Assembly: GCF_036321535.1 (NCBI RefSeq)
Contig: NC_087451.1
Location: 9,734,001 to 9,798,000 of the forward strand
Reading direction: 5' to 3'
From: Camelus dromedarius
Lineage: Eukaryota
DNA length: 64,000 bases
The translations under genes were made by a program, and so were the position numbers. The notes beneath the pieces were generated by a model, which did not search any database, had not been told where the DNA came from, and saw only the letters and a list, made by a program, of their open reading frames with translations. This document shows, one piece after another, positions 62,656 to 64,000 of the stretch (position 1 is the first letter of the stretch; every line of letters begins with the position of its first letter).

Positions 62656-63118
62656 AAATCCCTTACTCTCATGGGAGACATCGTGTGCCTGCCACTGCCG
62701 CCTGAGTGGCTGCTAGCATTTTCCCTAGCTGTTTATGTGGAAAATCATAAAAATATTTGGTGGCCAAAAAAAGAGAGGGGAAATGCTTTGGTGGTCTGAT
62801 GCAACAGGAATGCTTTTTTGGAAAAAAAAAAAAAAAGCTGGCTGTCTTATTCTAATCCAAAAGCATGCATAAACGCTGTATTGATTGAAAAGTACTAGGT
62901 GGAAGGCACATTTTTCTCGGAGACCTGCCCTGCCCCACCCCCTCGAAGCAGACAAAAGCACTGTTGGCAGCTGGAAGAGGGTAAGTCACTTACAATCCAG
63001 CCACAGGGTTTGGGAAGAGCTGAAAGCAGAAATTCTTGTGGGCTCTACTCTACCCTGGGCCTGGTATTATGCTCCTGCCCTGGTGGCCTAATTCTCTTGG
63101 CTGAGAGAGAAGGGATTG

Positions 63119-63210
63119 CTGATGGTGACGATGGCGATGATGGTGATGGCGGCGGCGGCGGCGATGGTGGTGATGATGGCGGCAGTGATGGTGGTGATGG
63201 CGTTGGTGAG
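63119..63210. repeat. Compound (GAT/GGT/GGC)n trinucleotide repeat
   Basis: Directly visible; includes a (GGC)5 run. Confidence 0.9.
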
Positions 63211-63229
63211 GCTGTTGCCACTGCAGCAA

Positions 63230-63450
63230 TGCTGATCAAAACACATTTATGCTGCATTTCACATTCATGAAGCCTCTCCACATACCACCTCGCCTTGGAT
63301 GCTCGTGGTGATTCCCAGATGGAGGTGGGGTAGGAATCATTATCCCATCACGTCCACTTCATAGACGAGGAAAACGAAGCTGAGAGAGACAGTGTCTTGC
63401 CCAACTGGCACAATTCGTCAACGGCAAAGCTAAGATTCAAACTCTGCAGA
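63230..63450 (-). mobile_element. MIR SINE
   Basis: atagacgaggaaaacgaagctgagagag...tcttgcccaa...gattcaaactc. Confidence 0.6.
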
Positions 63451-63524
63451 CAAGCTTTTTTATCGAGTCACCTCAGACTCTAAACAGCGATGCCCAGTAG
63501 AAAGATCATCAGGCCACAAAGTTC

Positions 63525-63623
63525 AAAAATTTCCAGTAGTCATATTTAAAAAAAAAGAGAGAGAGAGAGACAAAACAAAAAGAAGAAAAAAATAGAAAGA
63601 AACAGATGAAAGTGATTTTAATA
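63525..63623. mobile_element. MER3/MER33-like hAT fragment into which Tigger1 inserted
   Basis: aatttccagtagtcatatttaaaa...agaaacagatgaaagtgattttaata. Confidence 0.5.
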
Positions 63624-64000
63624 CTGGCGGACCTGGTTCTATTGTGCTTTGATTTACTGCACATATTGCGTATTTTACAAATTGAAGGTTTCTGGCAACC
63701 CTGCATCCACCACCACCAACATAAAAAAAAATGCCATTTTTCCACAAGCAATTGCTCACTTCATGGGTCACGTTTTGGTAATTCTCATAATATTTCAAAC
63801 TTTTTCATTATTATTGTATTTGTTATGGTGATCTGTGATCAGTAAACTTTGATGTTAGTATTGTCATTGTTTTGGGGTACCACGCACAGCACCCAGATAA
63901 AACATCAAACTTAATCGATCAATGTTATCTGTCTTCTGCCTGCTCCACCGACGGGCTGTTCCCAGGTTTCTTTCCCTCTCCTCAGGCCTCCCTGTTCCTT
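63624..64000 (+). mobile_element. Tigger1 DNA transposon 5' part (runs off the window)
   Basis: Follows a TA at 63622-63623; ttacaaattgaaggtttctggcaaccctgc, atatttcaaactttttcattattatt, ggtgatctgtgatcag, aacttaatcgat. Confidence 0.92.

Noticed and set aside
62899-63270. Gly/Asp-rich ORF
   Set aside because: Produced by a simple trinucleotide repeat
1-64000. CRISPR arrays, rRNA, operons or other prokaryotic systems; intact endogenous virus
   Set aside because: Sequence is mammalian; no regularly spaced repeat-spacer array and no intact gag/pol/env or other viral ORF seen

Overview
Mammalian non-coding DNA, probably camelid (alpaca/camel): it carries tRNA-derived Vic-1-type SINEs and young artiodactyl-type L1 3' ends. 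I find no supportable host protein-coding gene, tRNA or rRNA. The only ORFs with recognisable homology are transposon relics (L1 ORF2, L2 RT, CR1/L3 ORF1 and ORF2). Much of the window is old repeats: many MIRs, L2, MaLR/MLT1 LTRs plus an internal region, hAT and Tc/mariner DNA transposons. Candidate cis-regulatory islands lie near 14 kb, 32 kb (CpG-rich), 53.7 kb and 60 kb. The main observations are (1) a fragmented but apparently near-full-length CR1/L3 fossil (about 15.6-20.8 kb, minus strand) with ORF1 C-terminus, endonuclease and RT motifs still readable; (2) two Vic-1 SINE insertions whose target-site duplications enclose extra sequence, one an L1 piece; (3) a 60-bp, 55/60-identical direct repeat bracketing a 1.2-kb block. 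Eleven N runs hide sequence, four of them in unique DNA. I see no convincing new biological system. Family names come from remembered consensus sequences, and boundaries are approximate (tens of bp) unless a TSD or TIR is given.
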